Source of the DNA: an uncultured Actinomycetota bacterium
GTDB lineage: Bacteria > Actinomycetota > Actinomycetes > JAFAQI01
Length of the DNA: 64,000 bases
NCBI GenBank assembly: GCA_963770565.1
Contig: CAVYQE010000011.1
Span: forward strand, 224,001 to 288,000
Reading direction: 5' to 3'
In this document: positions 1 to 10,131 of the stretch, one piece after another
Numbering within the stretch: the stretch's first letter is position 1
Layout: every line of letters begins with the position of its first letter
Position numbers and translations under genes: made by a program
The notes under the pieces: model-generated
Told to the model about the DNA's origin: nothing
Database searches by the model: none
What the model saw: only the letters and a program-made list of their open reading frames with translations

Positions 1-208
<208 letters not shown>

Positions 209-210
209 GC

Positions 211-1266
211 ATGTCAGTGCACCTGCGCGCCGCGATGAGCGCGCTGCCGAGTTACGTGGCCGGCCGCAAGACCCCGGGCGCAATCGTGCTTGCCAGCAAC
301 GAGTCGCCGTACGGCCTGCTTCCTTCGGTGGCCGCGGCCATCGACGAATTGACCGCTGGCGTCAGCCGATATCCCGACATGGCGGCCGCCCGGCTGATCG
401 ACGCGATTGCCGCCCACCACGACGTCGGCCCGGACCACATTGCCGTGGGCGCGGGAAGCGTCGAGGTGGTCGGCCAGATCGCAGCGGCGGTCGTCGACGC
501 AGGTGACGAGGTGGTGTTCGGCTGGCGCGCGTTCGAGGCCTACCCGATCATTACGGTGGTCGTCGGCGGCACGCCGGTCAAGGTGCCGCTGCGTGACTAC
601 GTTCACGATCTCGACGCGATGGCCGACGCGGTGACCGACAAGACTCGGCTCGTGCTGCTGTGCAACCCGAACAACCCCACCGGCACCGCGGTCGGCGCGG
701 CCGGGCTCACCACCTTCCTCGACCGGGTGCCGAATGACGTCGTGGTGGTGATCGACGAGGCCTACCACCAGTACGCCGATCCGGCGTTGGTCCCCGATGC
801 ACTTGAGCTGTTCGGTGGCCGACCCAATGTCGTGATCACGCGCACGTTCTCGAAGGCCTATTCGCTGGCCGGGTTGCGGGTCGGCTACTGCGTCGGCGCG
901 CCCGAGCTCGTTGCCGCCGCACGCAAGACCCAGGTGCCGTTCAGCGTGAGCGGCCTGGCTCAGGACTGTGCCATCGCAGCCCTGGCCGACACCACCGAGG
1001 TCGATCGGCGGGCGGCGCTGACCGTCGCCGAGCGCGACCGGGTCGCGAAACTGCTTGCGGTCGCGGGACTCGACGTACCACCGTCGCAGGCAAACTTCGT
1101 CTGGCTGCCGATCGGTGAGGATGCGATGCCGCTCGCGCAGCACTGCGAGGCCGGCGGGGTTCTGATCCGGCCGTTCCCCGGCGAGGGCGTGCGCGTCACG
1201 ATCGGCCTACCCGAGGAAAACGACGCGTTCCTGGCGCTTCTGTCGACCTGGTCGCCGATTCGCTGA
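211..1266 (+). CDS. pat: PLP aminotransferase class I/II, HisC/Pat (aromatic amino acid aminotransferase)-like
   Basis: LASNESP, CNPNNPTG, DEAY, RTFSKAYSLAGLRVGY motifs; starts 2 nt after the hppD stop. Confidence 0.8.
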   Translation: MSVHLRAAMSALPSYVAGRKTPGAIVLASNESPYGLLPSVAAAIDELTAGVSRYPDMAAARLIDAIAAHHDVGPDHIAVGAGSVEVVGQIAAAVVDAGDEVVFGWRAFEAYPIITVVVGGTPVKVPLRDYVHDLDAMADAVTDKTRLVLLCNPNNPTGTAVGAAGLTTFLDRVPNDVVVVIDEAYHQYADPALVPDALELFGGRPNVVITRTFSKAYSLAGLRVGYCVGAPELVAAARKTQVPFSVSGLAQDCAIAALADTTEVDRRAALTVAERDRVAKLLAVAGLDVPPSQANFVWLPIGEDAMPLAQHCEAGGVLIRPFPGEGVRVTIGLPEENDAFLALLSTWSPIR

Positions 1267-1270
1267 CAGG

Positions 1271-2518
1271 GTGTTGCGCGTGGTGATGCGCGCGCAGGGG
1301 CTGATCATCGCGATCTGCGCCGCGAGCGGGTTGGCTGGGCTGATCGGTCTGGCCGGTGCGATCCCGTCGGGACCGGCCGGCGGGCGCGCGGTCGCCGGCC
1401 TGATCGGCCTGGTCGCTCTGGCGGTCTGTGTGCGGCTCGCGGTCGCGGGCCTGCGGCTCGAGCCCTACACGGTCACGATCCGCGGCCTCACCACGACCGA
1501 CCGGATTGCGCGCGCCGATGTCCTCGGCCTCGCGATCCAGCCCGCGGCCCGGGGCCGGCTGCGCCGGCTCGCGGTGGTGTGCGCGGACGGTCGCGTCGTG
1601 CCGGCGGTGTGGACGGTCGCCGGCACCGAGAACGCGCAGTGGGCCGGCCGGGCCGCCTGGGCGGGCGCGGGATTCGGGCCTACCCAGGTCGAGGTTGCAC
1701 CGACGCTGGGTCGGCTCGGTCGCCTGGTGGCCGACGGGCCGCTTCCGATCGTCAGCCCCGATCCCGGTCTCACGCCGCAGACCGTCTCACCGGTCGACTC
1801 ACTGCACTCCGAGCGATGGTTGGGCTGGGAGACCACGTTCGTCGTTGCTGCCTTCGCTTTCCCCGGGGTGGCGGCTGCGGTCGAGATCCTGGCCCAGCAT
1901 CTCGACGGGGTCAGTGACCTCAACGAGTTCGCGTTGCCGCTACCGCACAATCCGGCCGCGAGCCTGTTCATCCTGATCATCGGCTACCTCGCGACCGCAC
2001 TCGTCGTACCGATCGCGCTGCTGCTGCTGGCCCGGACCGGCCAGCCGCCGGCGGCCCTCGGCCTCGAGCGTCGCGGCCTTAAGTCCGACGCGGTCGGTGC
2101 CGTCGGGCTGCTCGCCGGGATCTGGGCGGTCAATATCGCGGTGCTCATCCCGTTGTCGTTCCTCATCAACAACAAGCACCTGACCAACACGGCGACTAAC
2201 TCGCATGTGCCGCCGTACTACATCGTCTATGCGCTGGTCGTTGCCGCAACGACTGCGATCAACGAAGAGGTCGTGGTCAACGGCTACTTCATGACCCGGC
2301 TCGCGCAACGCGGCTGGTCGCCACCGGCTGCGCTCGCGCTCAGCCTCGCGGTCCGGACCAGTTATCACGCCTACTACGGAATCGGCCTGGTCGCCACCGT
2401 GCCGTTCGGCTATCTCGTGACCCGGTCGTTCCAGAAGCGCGGTCGGCTGGCCCGCCCGATCTTCACCCACTTCATGTACGACGCGATCCTGCTGATCATC
2501 GCCGTACTGACGTCCTAG
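1271..2518 (+). CDS. CPBP/Abi (CAAX) intramembrane metalloprotease with an extra N-terminal TM plus PH-like region
   Basis: NEE..VNGY, SYHAYYG and HFMYD motifs in a multi-TM C-terminal half; start codon uncertain. Confidence 0.8.
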   Translation: MLRVVMRAQGLIIAICAASGLAGLIGLAGAIPSGPAGGRAVAGLIGLVALAVCVRLAVAGLRLEPYTVTIRGLTTTDRIARADVLGLAIQPAARGRLRRLAVVCADGRVVPAVWTVAGTENAQWAGRAAWAGAGFGPTQVEVAPTLGRLGRLVADGPLPIVSPDPGLTPQTVSPVDSLHSERWLGWETTFVVAAFAFPGVAAAVEILAQHLDGVSDLNEFALPLPHNPAASLFILIIGYLATALVVPIALLLLARTGQPPAALGLERRGLKSDAVGAVGLLAGIWAVNIAVLIPLSFLINNKHLTNTATNSHVPPYYIVYALVVAATTAINEEVVVNGYFMTRLAQRGWSPPAALALSLAVRTSYHAYYGIGLVATVPFGYLVTRSFQKRGRLARPIFTHFMYDAILLIIAVLTS

Positions 2519-2527
2519 GTCCCCCTG

Positions 2528-2590
2528 TGTTGATCACGGCGAAATGCGCGAAGAATCGGCGTGTCTTCGCGCTTAATGTCATGGTCAACT
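2528..2590. repeat. 63-bp imperfect inverted-repeat element (REP/MITE-like), probable bidirectional terminator
   Basis: gttgatcacggcgaaa...atgtcatggtcaac with inner stem gcgcgaaga/tcttcgcgc; lies between convergent genes; related to 47517-47579. Confidence 0.65.
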
Positions 2591-3004
2591 CGGCTTGGTG
2601 GCGCTGCCGGCCAGGTCGGCGATCGTGGTCTGTTCGAGGATGTGGCGTACGCCGTCGCCGACCGCCACCCACAGGTCGTTCACCGACTCGGCGCTGCCCC
2701 GGTCATGAGGCCCGCTCGGACGCGGATTGGGTAGGTCGACCAGCGGACCGTCGACGGCGCGGACCACCGCGGCAACCGTGATCTCGTCCGCGGGCCGCGA
2801 CAGCCACCAGCCGCCGTTGGGCCCGCGCCGGCTGTCGACCACGCTGACCCGGCGCAGGTCGGCGAGGATGTTCAGCAGGAACTGCAACGGGATCCGCTGC
2901 GTGTCGGCGATCGCGTGCGCAGTCAGCGAGTTGGCCGGATCGATGGCGCCGGCTGTCGCCAGCTCGATCGTGGCTCGGATTGCGTAGTCCGTCTTGGCTG
3001 ACAT
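2585..3004 (-). CDS. Rrf2-family transcriptional regulator (cysteine-free, CymR-like context)
   Basis: MSAKTDYAIRA...SRRGPNGGWWLSRPADEIT..V.RAVDG; ATG at 3004 preferred over the longer ORF start. Confidence 0.9.
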   Translation of the reverse strand: MSAKTDYAIRATIELATAGAIDPANSLTAHAIADTQRIPLQFLLNILADLRRVSVVDSRRGPNGGWWLSRPADEITVAAVVRAVDGPLVDLPNPRPSGPHDRGSAESVNDLWVAVGDGVRHILEQTTIADLAGSATKPS

Positions 3005-3044
3005 CCGTACCGATCCGTTGCTGAAGATGGACACGACGCCTGGA

Positions 3045-4043
3045 TCAGCCGGCCCGGTCCAAGCGCGGGTTGCTGACGCCGACCGCAGCCAGCGGACCGG
3101 CGGTGGGCAAGGCGGTGAGGTGGACGGCGTCGCCGACACCGACCGCCAGTTTCTGGATCTGGTTGCGGGTGAGCTGGACCGTGATCGCCTCGCCGCCCTT
3201 GACCGGGTGAGCGACTAGGCGGGTCTCGAATCCCAGTGACACCAGGCGGTCGACGATCGCGGCGTGCCCGCCCGAGTCCGGAGCCATGGAGACGTGGATG
3301 TCGTGCGGCCGGACCAGCTCGCCGCCGAGCCGGGTCACCGGCCCGAGGAAGCCCATCACGAAGTCGTTGACCGGGTGGTCGTAGAGCTGGTCCGGCGTAC
3401 CGGCCTGCTCGACCTGCCCGTCGTTGATCACGATGATCTGGTCGGAGATCTCCAACGCTTCTTCTTGGTCGTGCGTGACGAAGATCGTGGTGGTGTCCAC
3501 CTCGTCATGCAGGCGGCGCAGCCACTCGCGCAGCTCCTGTCGCACCTTGACGTCCAACGCGCCGAACGGCTCGTCGAGCAGGAGCAGCGACGGCTCCACC
3601 GCGAGCGCCCGGGCGAGCGCCATGCGCTGGCGCTGGCCACCGGAAAGTTCCGAGGGGTAGCGATGCGCAAGGCCGTCGAGGTGGACGAGCTTCAGCAGGT
3701 CGTTGACCCGGCCGCGGATCTTTGGCTTGGGGGTCTTGCGCACCTTCAGGCCGAACGCCACGTTGTCCCACACGGACATGTGGGTGAACGCCGCATAGTG
3801 CTGGAAGACGAACCCGATCCCGCGATCACGGGCCGGGACGTTCGTGACATCGACGCCGTCGATGAGGACGGTGCCGCTGTCGGCTGTCTCGAGCCCGGCG
3901 ATGATCCTGAGCAACGTCGACTTGCCGCCGCCGCTGGGGCCGAGTACGGCAGTCAGCTGCCCGGACTCGATGTCGACCGTGACGTCTTGCAGTGCATGAA
4001 AGTCGTCGAAGGTCTTGCTGAGATTGCGGACCTGGATGCTCAC
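3045..4043 (-). CDS. cysA: Sulfate ABC transporter ATP-binding subunit
   Basis: [36 protein letters not shown]-terminal TOBE-like region; operon with the permeases. Confidence 0.93.
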   Translation of the reverse strand: MSIQVRNLSKTFDDFHALQDVTVDIESGQLTAVLGPSGGGKSTLLRIIAGLETADSGTVLIDGVDVTNVPARDRGIGFVFQHYAAFTHMSVWDNVAFGLKVRKTPKPKIRGRVNDLLKLVHLDGLAHRYPSELSGGQRQRMALARALAVEPSLLLLDEPFGALDVKVRQELREWLRRLHDEVDTTTIFVTHDQEEALEISDQIIVINDGQVEQAGTPDQLYDHPVNDFVMGFLGPVTRLGGELVRPHDIHVSMAPDSGGHAAIVDRLVSLGFETRLVAHPVKGGEAITVQLTRNQIQKLAVGVGDAVHLTALPTAGPLAAVGVSNPRLDRAG

Positions 4044-4840
4044 GACGCGGCCTCCTTGCGACGACGACTGCTGAGCGTGGTCATGCCGACCAGAATCAGT
4101 AGAGAGATGACGGCGAGCAGCAGGCCGGCGCTGTACGCCGCGACCGGCTGGAACTGCGAGAAACTGTCGTTGACGAACAGCGGAAGGGTCTGGGTCTGGC
4201 CGACGCTGTTGCCCGACACGATGTTGACCGCGCCGAACTCACCGAGTGCCCGCGCCGCAGTGAGGACCACGCCGTACACGACCGCCCAGCGGATCGCCGG
4301 GAGCGTGACTTGGAAGAAGCTCTGCAACCGTGAGGCGCCGAGCACCTCCGCCGCCTGCTCCTGCTCGGTGCCGAGCTCCTCAAGTACTGGGACGACCTCG
4401 CGTACGACGAACGGCAGGCTGACGAAGATCGTCGCGATCGCGATTGCCTTCCAAGTGAACAGCACGCTGATGTTGTGGGCGAACAGGTACGTGCCGAACC
4501 ACCCGGTGCGGCCGTAAAGCGTGTAGACGGCCAGGCCGATCACCACCGGCGACATCGCGAACGGCAGGTTGATCATCGCGTTGACCAGCCACGGCAGCGG
4601 CATCTTGTGCCGGGCGATCAGCCAGGCCGTGGTGACTCCGAAGATGACGTTGACCGGTACGCAGATCGCGGTGATGAGCACCGAGAGCTGCAGCGCGTGG
4701 GTGGCGTTCGGGCTGCTGAGTGCGTCCCACACCGGCGCGGCCCCGTGCTCGAACGTGCGGTAGCCGATCATCACGATCGGCACGAGCAACAGCAGTGTGA
4801 CGTAGGCGAGGATCGAGTAGCGAAGCGCGTACTTACCCAT
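4040..4840 (-). CDS. cysW: Sulfate ABC transporter permease
   Basis: [38 protein letters not shown]. Confidence 0.92.
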   Translation of the reverse strand: MGKYALRYSILAYVTLLLLVPIVMIGYRTFEHGAAPVWDALSSPNATHALQLSVLITAICVPVNVIFGVTTAWLIARHKMPLPWLVNAMINLPFAMSPVVIGLAVYTLYGRTGWFGTYLFAHNISVLFTWKAIAIATIFVSLPFVVREVVPVLEELGTEQEQAAEVLGASRLQSFFQVTLPAIRWAVVYGVVLTAARALGEFGAVNIVSGNSVGQTQTLPLFVNDSFSQFQPVAAYSAGLLLAVISLLILVGMTTLSSRRRKEAAS

Positions 4841-5651
4841 GGCGCGCCGTCCAGCGCCGTGTCACAACCGCAAGAACCACGAAGACCAGCAGTGCGAGTG
4901 CGAGCAGCTCCACGCTGACCGCCGCCGCGGTCTGCGAGCTGTCCTGCTCGACGTTGTTGAAGATCAGCTGCGAGGCGACCTGAGTGTGCGGCAGGTTGCC
5001 GCCGATCAGGACGACGGACCCGAACTCGCCGAGCGCCCGGGTGAAGGCGAGCGCGGCACCGGTGAGCGTTGCCGGCAGAATCGCCGGGAGGATGATCCGG
5101 CGGAAGATGGTGAGGGGGCGGGCGCCGAGGCAGGCGGCCGCGTCCTCGACGTCACGTTCGAGGCTGAGCAACACCGGCTGGACCGCGCGGGTCACGAACG
5201 GCAGGGTCACGAACAGCAACGCGAACAGTACGCCGATGCGGGTCCCGGCGACGTTGATGCCGATCGGGCTGCCGGGGCCGTACAGCGTGAGCAGGACCAG
5301 GCCGGCGACGATCGTCGGCAGGGCGAATGGCAGGTCGATGACCGCGTTCAGGATCCGCTTGCCGGGAAAGTCGTCACGGACCAGCACCCAGGCGAGCGCC
5401 ACGCCCGTGACGATGTCGAGCACGGCCGCCGCGAGGGAGACCTCGATCGTGAACGCCAGGACGGACCGGGTCACCGGCGCGGTGACCGTCGACCAGAACG
5501 AGCCGTGCGCGGACAGGCTGATGAGGGCGGCGACCGGTAGGCCGACGAGGATTGACAGGTAGAGCATCGACAGCCCGGGCGCAACGCCCGAGGCGATCGG
5601 TCGTGGCACGACCCACTTGCGGGGTCGTGCCACGACGGCGACGTCAGCCAC
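4833..5651 (-). CDS. cysT: Sulfate ABC transporter permease
   Basis: WVLVRDDFPGKR, DLPFALPTIVAG, PFV.RAVQPVL, RALGEFGSV. Confidence 0.92.
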   Translation of the reverse strand: MADVAVVARPRKWVVPRPIASGVAPGLSMLYLSILVGLPVAALISLSAHGSFWSTVTAPVTRSVLAFTIEVSLAAAVLDIVTGVALAWVLVRDDFPGKRILNAVIDLPFALPTIVAGLVLLTLYGPGSPIGINVAGTRIGVLFALLFVTLPFVTRAVQPVLLSLERDVEDAAACLGARPLTIFRRIILPAILPATLTGAALAFTRALGEFGSVVLIGGNLPHTQVASQLIFNNVEQDSSQTAAAVSVELLALALLVFVVLAVVTRRWTARHG

Positions 5652-6636
5652 TGGAGCCGTTCCCGAGCGAGTTCTCGATCTGGGTGATCGAGCCGGTCGT
5701 ACCGAAGAACTCGGTGTTGACCTTCGCCCAGCCGCCGAGCGAGTCGATTGTGAACAGCCCGGGCGGGGTGGGGAACTGTGTGGTGTTCAGGTCGGCCTGG
5801 ACGACCGGCCGGTAGCCGGCAGCCGCGAAGATCTTCTGCGCCTGGTCGGTGTAGAGGAACTTCACGAAGTTCTGAGCGAGGGTCGCGTTGTGCGCACCGG
5901 TCGTCACGGCGATCGGGTTCTGGATCAAGATCGTGTCCGGCGGAGTGACGTAGTCGACCGACTCGCCGGCCTGCTGCGCCTTGATCGCCTCGTTCTCATA
6001 CCCGATCAGGACGTTGCCGGTGCCGCCCACGAACGCCGCGGTCGCGTCGGAGCCGCTATCCGGTTGCGCAACCGTGTGCTGTAGGAGTTCCTTGACGAAA
6101 GCCAGTGCCTGGGCAGGGGTCTTGCCTTCCTTGAGCTCGGCGCCGTACGCCGCCATCAGGTTCCAGCAGGCGCTGCCGGAGCTCAGCGGGTTGGGAGTGA
6201 CCACCTTGACGCCGGGCTTGATGAGGTCGTCCCAGCTCGTGATGTGAAGGGGGTTGCCCTTGCGCACGATCAGAACGGCGACCGAGTCGGTGATGATGCC
6301 CTTGTACTGGTTGGCATCCCAGTTCGAGGAGACGAGCTTGGCGGCGACGAGGCTGTCCATGTCGCTCTGGCGGGAGAACTCGACCACGTCGGCTGACTGG
6401 CCGGCGATCACTGCCTTCGCCTGCGTGCCGGACGCGCCGAAGGACTGGCCGAACTTCGCGCTCTTGCCGGCGGCGGTGGCCTCGAAAGCGGGGATCAGCT
6501 TTGCGTACACCGTCTGAGGCGTCGAGTAGGCGACCAGGTCGATGGTGTTCTTCGAGCTTCCTGAGCTGCACCCGGCGGTTACTGCGACCAGCGCCACTGC
6601 GCCTGCCGCTGCGGCGATTCGCTTTGTGCTCAACAC
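5644..6636 (-). CDS. sbp: Sulfate-binding lipoprotein of ABC transporter
   Basis: Lipobox TAGC; SFGASG.Q, VRKGNP..I..WDDL, TPNP.SSGSA.WN, YENEA. Confidence 0.92.
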   Translation of the reverse strand: MLSTKRIAAAAGAVALVAVTAGCSSGSSKNTIDLVAYSTPQTVYAKLIPAFEATAAGKSAKFGQSFGASGTQAKAVIAGQSADVVEFSRQSDMDSLVAAKLVSSNWDANQYKGIITDSVAVLIVRKGNPLHITSWDDLIKPGVKVVTPNPLSSGSACWNLMAAYGAELKEGKTPAQALAFVKELLQHTVAQPDSGSDATAAFVGGTGNVLIGYENEAIKAQQAGESVDYVTPPDTILIQNPIAVTTGAHNATLAQNFVKFLYTDQAQKIFAAAGYRPVVQADLNTTQFPTPPGLFTIDSLGGWAKVNTEFFGTTGSITQIENSLGNGSSG

Positions 6637-6652
6637 GGTGCTGCTCCTCTTC

Positions 6653-6670
6653 TAGTCGGCTAATCGACTA
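6653..6670. promoter_or_regulatory. Candidate operator upstream of the sulfate operon
   Basis: TAGTCG-N6-CGACTA inverted repeat in an AT-rich leader, 16 nt upstream of sbp. Confidence 0.45.
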
Positions 6671-6760
6671 AATCCGATGTGATCTATAAATACTAGCGAC
6701 TTACTGCAGAATAACATACCCAAGACGCGAGGGGGCAGGGCCGAAGGTCCCGTAGGGGGG

Positions 6761-7756
6761 TTAGCTGTGGCGGCTTTGGAGGGCCATGTTGCCGGGCGCC
6801 CCAGCGTCAGAGTGCGACAAAACGGGCGAATCGGGCCGCAGCGGACCTGTGTGGCCAAGCGCAGCGACGTGGAAGAGCGCCGCCTCGTCGGTCACGCCGT
6901 CCAACGTGCCCAGCACCGAGAGGGTGAGGATCAAAACCATGGCGGCGAGGATCAGCGGGTGCCGGCGCGGCGGTGCGGCGCGCATGGCCGCCACCCGGCT
7001 GTCCACCGTGTCGGCCGACAACGGCAGCGCGATACTCGGCCGTTGGGCCGTGCCGGCGGCGTTTGCGGCCCGCCTCAATGCGGACGCTACGACTTCGCGG
7101 TCGACCTCACGGGCGGCGTCCTCGTCGGCCCATCGCTCGGTGACCCAGCCCTGGGCCTTCGGCAAGGTGACCAGCAAGGGGTTTAGCGCGGCAGCGATGA
7201 TCGTGGCGGTGCGATGGCGGTGATGGTGATGGCGAAGGTGTGAGCGCTCGTGGGCGAGCATCACCGTGCATTCTTCCGGGCTCAGCAGCGCCAGCATCCC
7301 CCGGGTGACGAAGATCCGGCCCGGCCGGCCGGGTACGGCGTACGCATCGGTGGACAGGTCGGGTAGCACGACAAGGTCGCTGCCGGTGTCGGGCATTCGA
7401 TAGCTGAGCCGGCGTGCCGCCGCGACCGACCGCACCCGCCGCACCGAGATCCAGGTGAAGCGGCAAATGCCGAGCACCAGCAGGCCGATCGCGACGACCG
7501 CGATCGGCCAGCCCACTGGATCCGAACGGCGAAACGCGCTGATCGACCAGTGCCCGGCCGAAGCGAGCGAGGGGTTGTCGCCGACGAGGGTTATTGCCAG
7601 CGCGCTGAGGGCGGCGACTCCACTCAACGCGGCGACCAGGCCGCCGGTCGAGAGCAGCCAGGCGGCGATCGCCGGCGAGAGCCTGCGCGCGACCACCGGC
7701 CCGACCACGCCGAACAGCGCGGCGAAGGCAAGTCCGGCGTACACCGAGTAGTGCAT
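6761..7756 (-). CDS. M56/M48 membrane zinc metalloprotease (BlaR1-like, Rv1845c-like)
   Basis: TM helices, AYAVPG..GRI, LAHERSH (HEXXH), E.WADE.AA. Confidence 0.88.
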   Translation of the reverse strand: MHYSVYAGLAFAALFGVVGPVVARRLSPAIAAWLLSTGGLVAALSGVAALSALAITLVGDNPSLASAGHWSISAFRRSDPVGWPIAVVAIGLLVLGICRFTWISVRRVRSVAAARRLSYRMPDTGSDLVVLPDLSTDAYAVPGRPGRIFVTRGMLALLSPEECTVMLAHERSHLRHHHHRHRTATIIAAALNPLLVTLPKAQGWVTERWADEDAAREVDREVVASALRRAANAAGTAQRPSIALPLSADTVDSRVAAMRAAPPRRHPLILAAMVLILTLSVLGTLDGVTDEAALFHVAALGHTGPLRPDSPVLSHSDAGAPGNMALQSRHS

Positions 7757-8131
7757 CTACGACCGCCGACGCGCGCCACGGCGCAGCAGTGTCGTCAACG
7801 TGCGCTCGTCGTCGGTCGTCAGCGACCCGACGAAGTGGGCGAGGATCTCGCCGCGGTCGTGCCCGCGGTCGAGTTGCTCGCGCATGCGTGACGCGGCGAG
7901 CTCGGCTTGCGCGAACGCCGGCGTGTAGATGAAGGCGCGCCCGACCCGGGTCCGGGTCACCGAACCCTTGGCGTGGAGCCGGCTGAGGATCGTCATCACG
8001 GTGGTGTAGGCCAGATCCGCGCCGAGCGCTTCGCGCACCTGGCCGGGGGACATCGGCTCGCCAGACCGCCACAGAGCGGCGAGGACATCAGCCTCGAGCT
8101 CGCCCGGTGCGCGTCGCGCCTGCGGTGCCAT
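7757..8131 (-). CDS. BlaI/MecI/CopY-family repressor
   Basis: GELEADVL..LW, LAYTTVMTILSRL..KG.V.R...GRAF.Y; ATG at 8131 with GGAG upstream. Confidence 0.92.
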   Translation of the reverse strand: MAPQARRAPGELEADVLAALWRSGEPMSPGQVREALGADLAYTTVMTILSRLHAKGSVTRTRVGRAFIYTPAFAQAELAASRMREQLDRGHDRGEILAHFVGSLTTDDERTLTTLLRRGARRRS

Positions 8132-8149
8132 CTCCACTCCCAGACCGCT

Positions 8150-8169
8150 AACTACGACCCACTGTAGTT
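8150..8169. promoter_or_regulatory. BlaI-type operator
   Basis: AACTAC-N8-GTAGTT palindrome containing TACGAC-N5-GTAGTT, close to the mycobacterial BlaI box TAC(G/T)AC-N5-GTAGTA; 18 nt upstream of the repressor start. Confidence 0.7.
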
Positions 8170-8901
8170 GACCTGGGCGGCCCGCGAATAGCGCAGATAC
8201 AACAGATCGTCGCGGGTGAGGACATGGCGCAACTCGAGCCGGGTCGGGTTGACCAGGGCGGATGGCGGCTGCATGGTGGTCGGCTGCGAACCCGTGAGGT
8301 ACGGCGACAAGGTCAGGCACATGTCGTCGACCAGGTCGGATTCGACGAGGCGGCTGAGTAGATAGGGACCGCCCTCGCACAGGATTCGATGGAGGCCGCG
8401 CTCGTTGAGCTCGGCGAGGATCCGGGCCGGGTCGATCTCGTCGTCACCGACGACGACGACGTCGGCGACCTCGCGCAGCTCGGCTGCCTGTTCGGCGCTT
8501 GCGGCGACCGTGGCGATGATCGTGCGTGGCCCATCGGGGTCGAAGATCGGCAGCGACGTAGGCAGCTGGGCGCGTGCCGTCACGACGACGAGTGGGGGAG
8601 CCGCGCTCTGCCCGGCTTGCTCGCGGCGGGATCGGCTGGCCGGGTTGAGCCGAACCGTGCCGTACTGCTCGGCCTGCACGGTCGCCGAGCCGACCATGAT
8701 CGCGTCGGCGAGGCTGCGTAGGTAGCCGAGCAGGGCCTGGTCGTGGGAGTCGGTGATCGCCTTCGTCCGGCCGTGGAACGCGCCGCCTCCATCCGGGGTC
8801 AGGACCATGTTCGCCCGGATCCCGATCGGGGCATCTCCGTAGAAGCGGTCAAGCCCGCCAGGGTCCTCGGGGAGCAGCCCGACGCCGTCAGGAGGTGCCA
8901 T
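8152..8901 (-). CDS. RibD C-terminal (pyrimidine reductase/DHFR-like) domain protein
   Basis: RANMV...DG, LR..ADAIMVG..TV..E.Y, ILCEGGP.L, VDDMCLT.SP. Confidence 0.88.
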   Translation of the reverse strand: MAPPDGVGLLPEDPGGLDRFYGDAPIGIRANMVLTPDGGGAFHGRTKAITDSHDQALLGYLRSLADAIMVGSATVQAEQYGTVRLNPASRSRREQAGQSAAPPLVVVTARAQLPTSLPIFDPDGPRTIIATVAASAEQAAELREVADVVVVGDDEIDPARILAELNERGLHRILCEGGPYLLSRLVESDLVDDMCLTLSPYLTGSQPTTMQPPSALVNPTRLELRHVLTRDDLLYLRYSRAAQVNYSGS

Positions 8902-9090
8902 GGCTACAGCCTCGCAGGTGGATGCAGCGTGGCCGGGGCTGGCCCGGTGCGGCCTGGCTTGGGCTCGATTCGGTGCTTGGCGCGGGTGACGTCCTCTGCC
9001 ATCCTCAATGGTGATGGCTGTGCCGCCGATACCAGTGGTGACCGCTCGATCGCGAACTGCCTGAGGATCTCTGTCTTGACTGCTCCGTCG

Positions 9091-10131
9091 ATGTCGGCCC
9101 GGATCACTCGATCATGGCTGGCACGCTCGATCGTCACGGTCGCGACGGTCGCAGCCTGTATCGCGGGTGCATCGACATCCTCGGCCGCCGTCTCGGGCCG
9201 GGCCGTGACCCTTCCGCCGCCTCCGCCGAGCCCCACCGAGGGTGCGGCGATCGAGGGTCTTGCGCCGTACCAGGCTCAGTTCTTCTGCCGGCACAAGGTG
9301 GAGCCGGGTGTCGCGGCGTTCGAGAAGCTCGTGCTGGCCGCCTATCCCAGCACTGCGTCCGACGGCGACATGCGAGCCTGCGACGACGGTGGCACGAGCG
9401 AGCACAAGGATGGCCGGGCCTGGGACTGGGGTGCTGACCACCGCAATGCGGCACAGCGCGCGGATGGCAAGTCCCTACTGAAGTGGCTGTTCGCGACCGA
9501 CTCGAACGGCAACAAGGATGCGATGTTCCGCCGGCTCGGCTTGATGTACGTGATCTGGGACAAGCGAATCTGGGGGACCTGGTCGCAGAAGTGGGAGCCG
9601 TACGCCTGCTCGGGTGCGACCGCTTGCCACGTCAACCACATCCACTTCTCGTTCGGCTGGGCCGGCGCGGAGCAGAAGACCTCGTTCTGGACCGACAACG
9701 TGTCGCCGGTGGTCGAGCCGCCGCTGCCGAGGTTCACGACACTGCATGGGCATCGCACGCTCCGGGTTGCCGCGAAGGCCGGCAGCAAGGCGGCGATGTG
9801 GCTGGTGAAGGGGCACGACACGTACCGCGCGGTCGCGAGTGGCGTGTGGCGCATCGGAAAGACGCACGCCGATGCGGTCTGCACGAAGACCTCTGACGGT
9901 TGGGCGCCGTCGAGGTCGACCAGCCTTGGTGTCAGTGGTGACCAGCTTCAGGGTTGGGGCGAGGAATGGGTCCCGACCCACGACAACGGCAAGGGCTGCA
10001 ATCCAACCGATCACACCTATCGGCTGGTGCTCACGCCGCCCGCTTCGAGCACGGTGATCGCCACGCTCGGCGGCGCCGGCAGCAGCAAGGACTCCGGCAC
10101 ACTGCGTGTGCGCTTCACCCGCACCGCGTAG
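9091..10131 (+). CDS. Secreted protein with an M15/ARB_07466-like zinc peptidase-fold domain and a C-terminal beta-rich domain
   Basis: Signal peptide, Pro-rich linker, SEHKDGRAWD (H-x6-D), YVIW.KRIW, H.NHIHFS; start estimated. Confidence 0.65.
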   Translation: MSARITRSWLARSIVTVATVAACIAGASTSSAAVSGRAVTLPPPPPSPTEGAAIEGLAPYQAQFFCRHKVEPGVAAFEKLVLAAYPSTASDGDMRACDDGGTSEHKDGRAWDWGADHRNAAQRADGKSLLKWLFATDSNGNKDAMFRRLGLMYVIWDKRIWGTWSQKWEPYACSGATACHVNHIHFSFGWAGAEQKTSFWTDNVSPVVEPPLPRFTTLHGHRTLRVAAKAGSKAAMWLVKGHDTYRAVASGVWRIGKTHADAVCTKTSDGWAPSRSTSLGVSGDQLQGWGEEWVPTHDNGKGCNPTDHTYRLVLTPPASSTVIATLGGAGSSKDSGTLRVRFTRTA

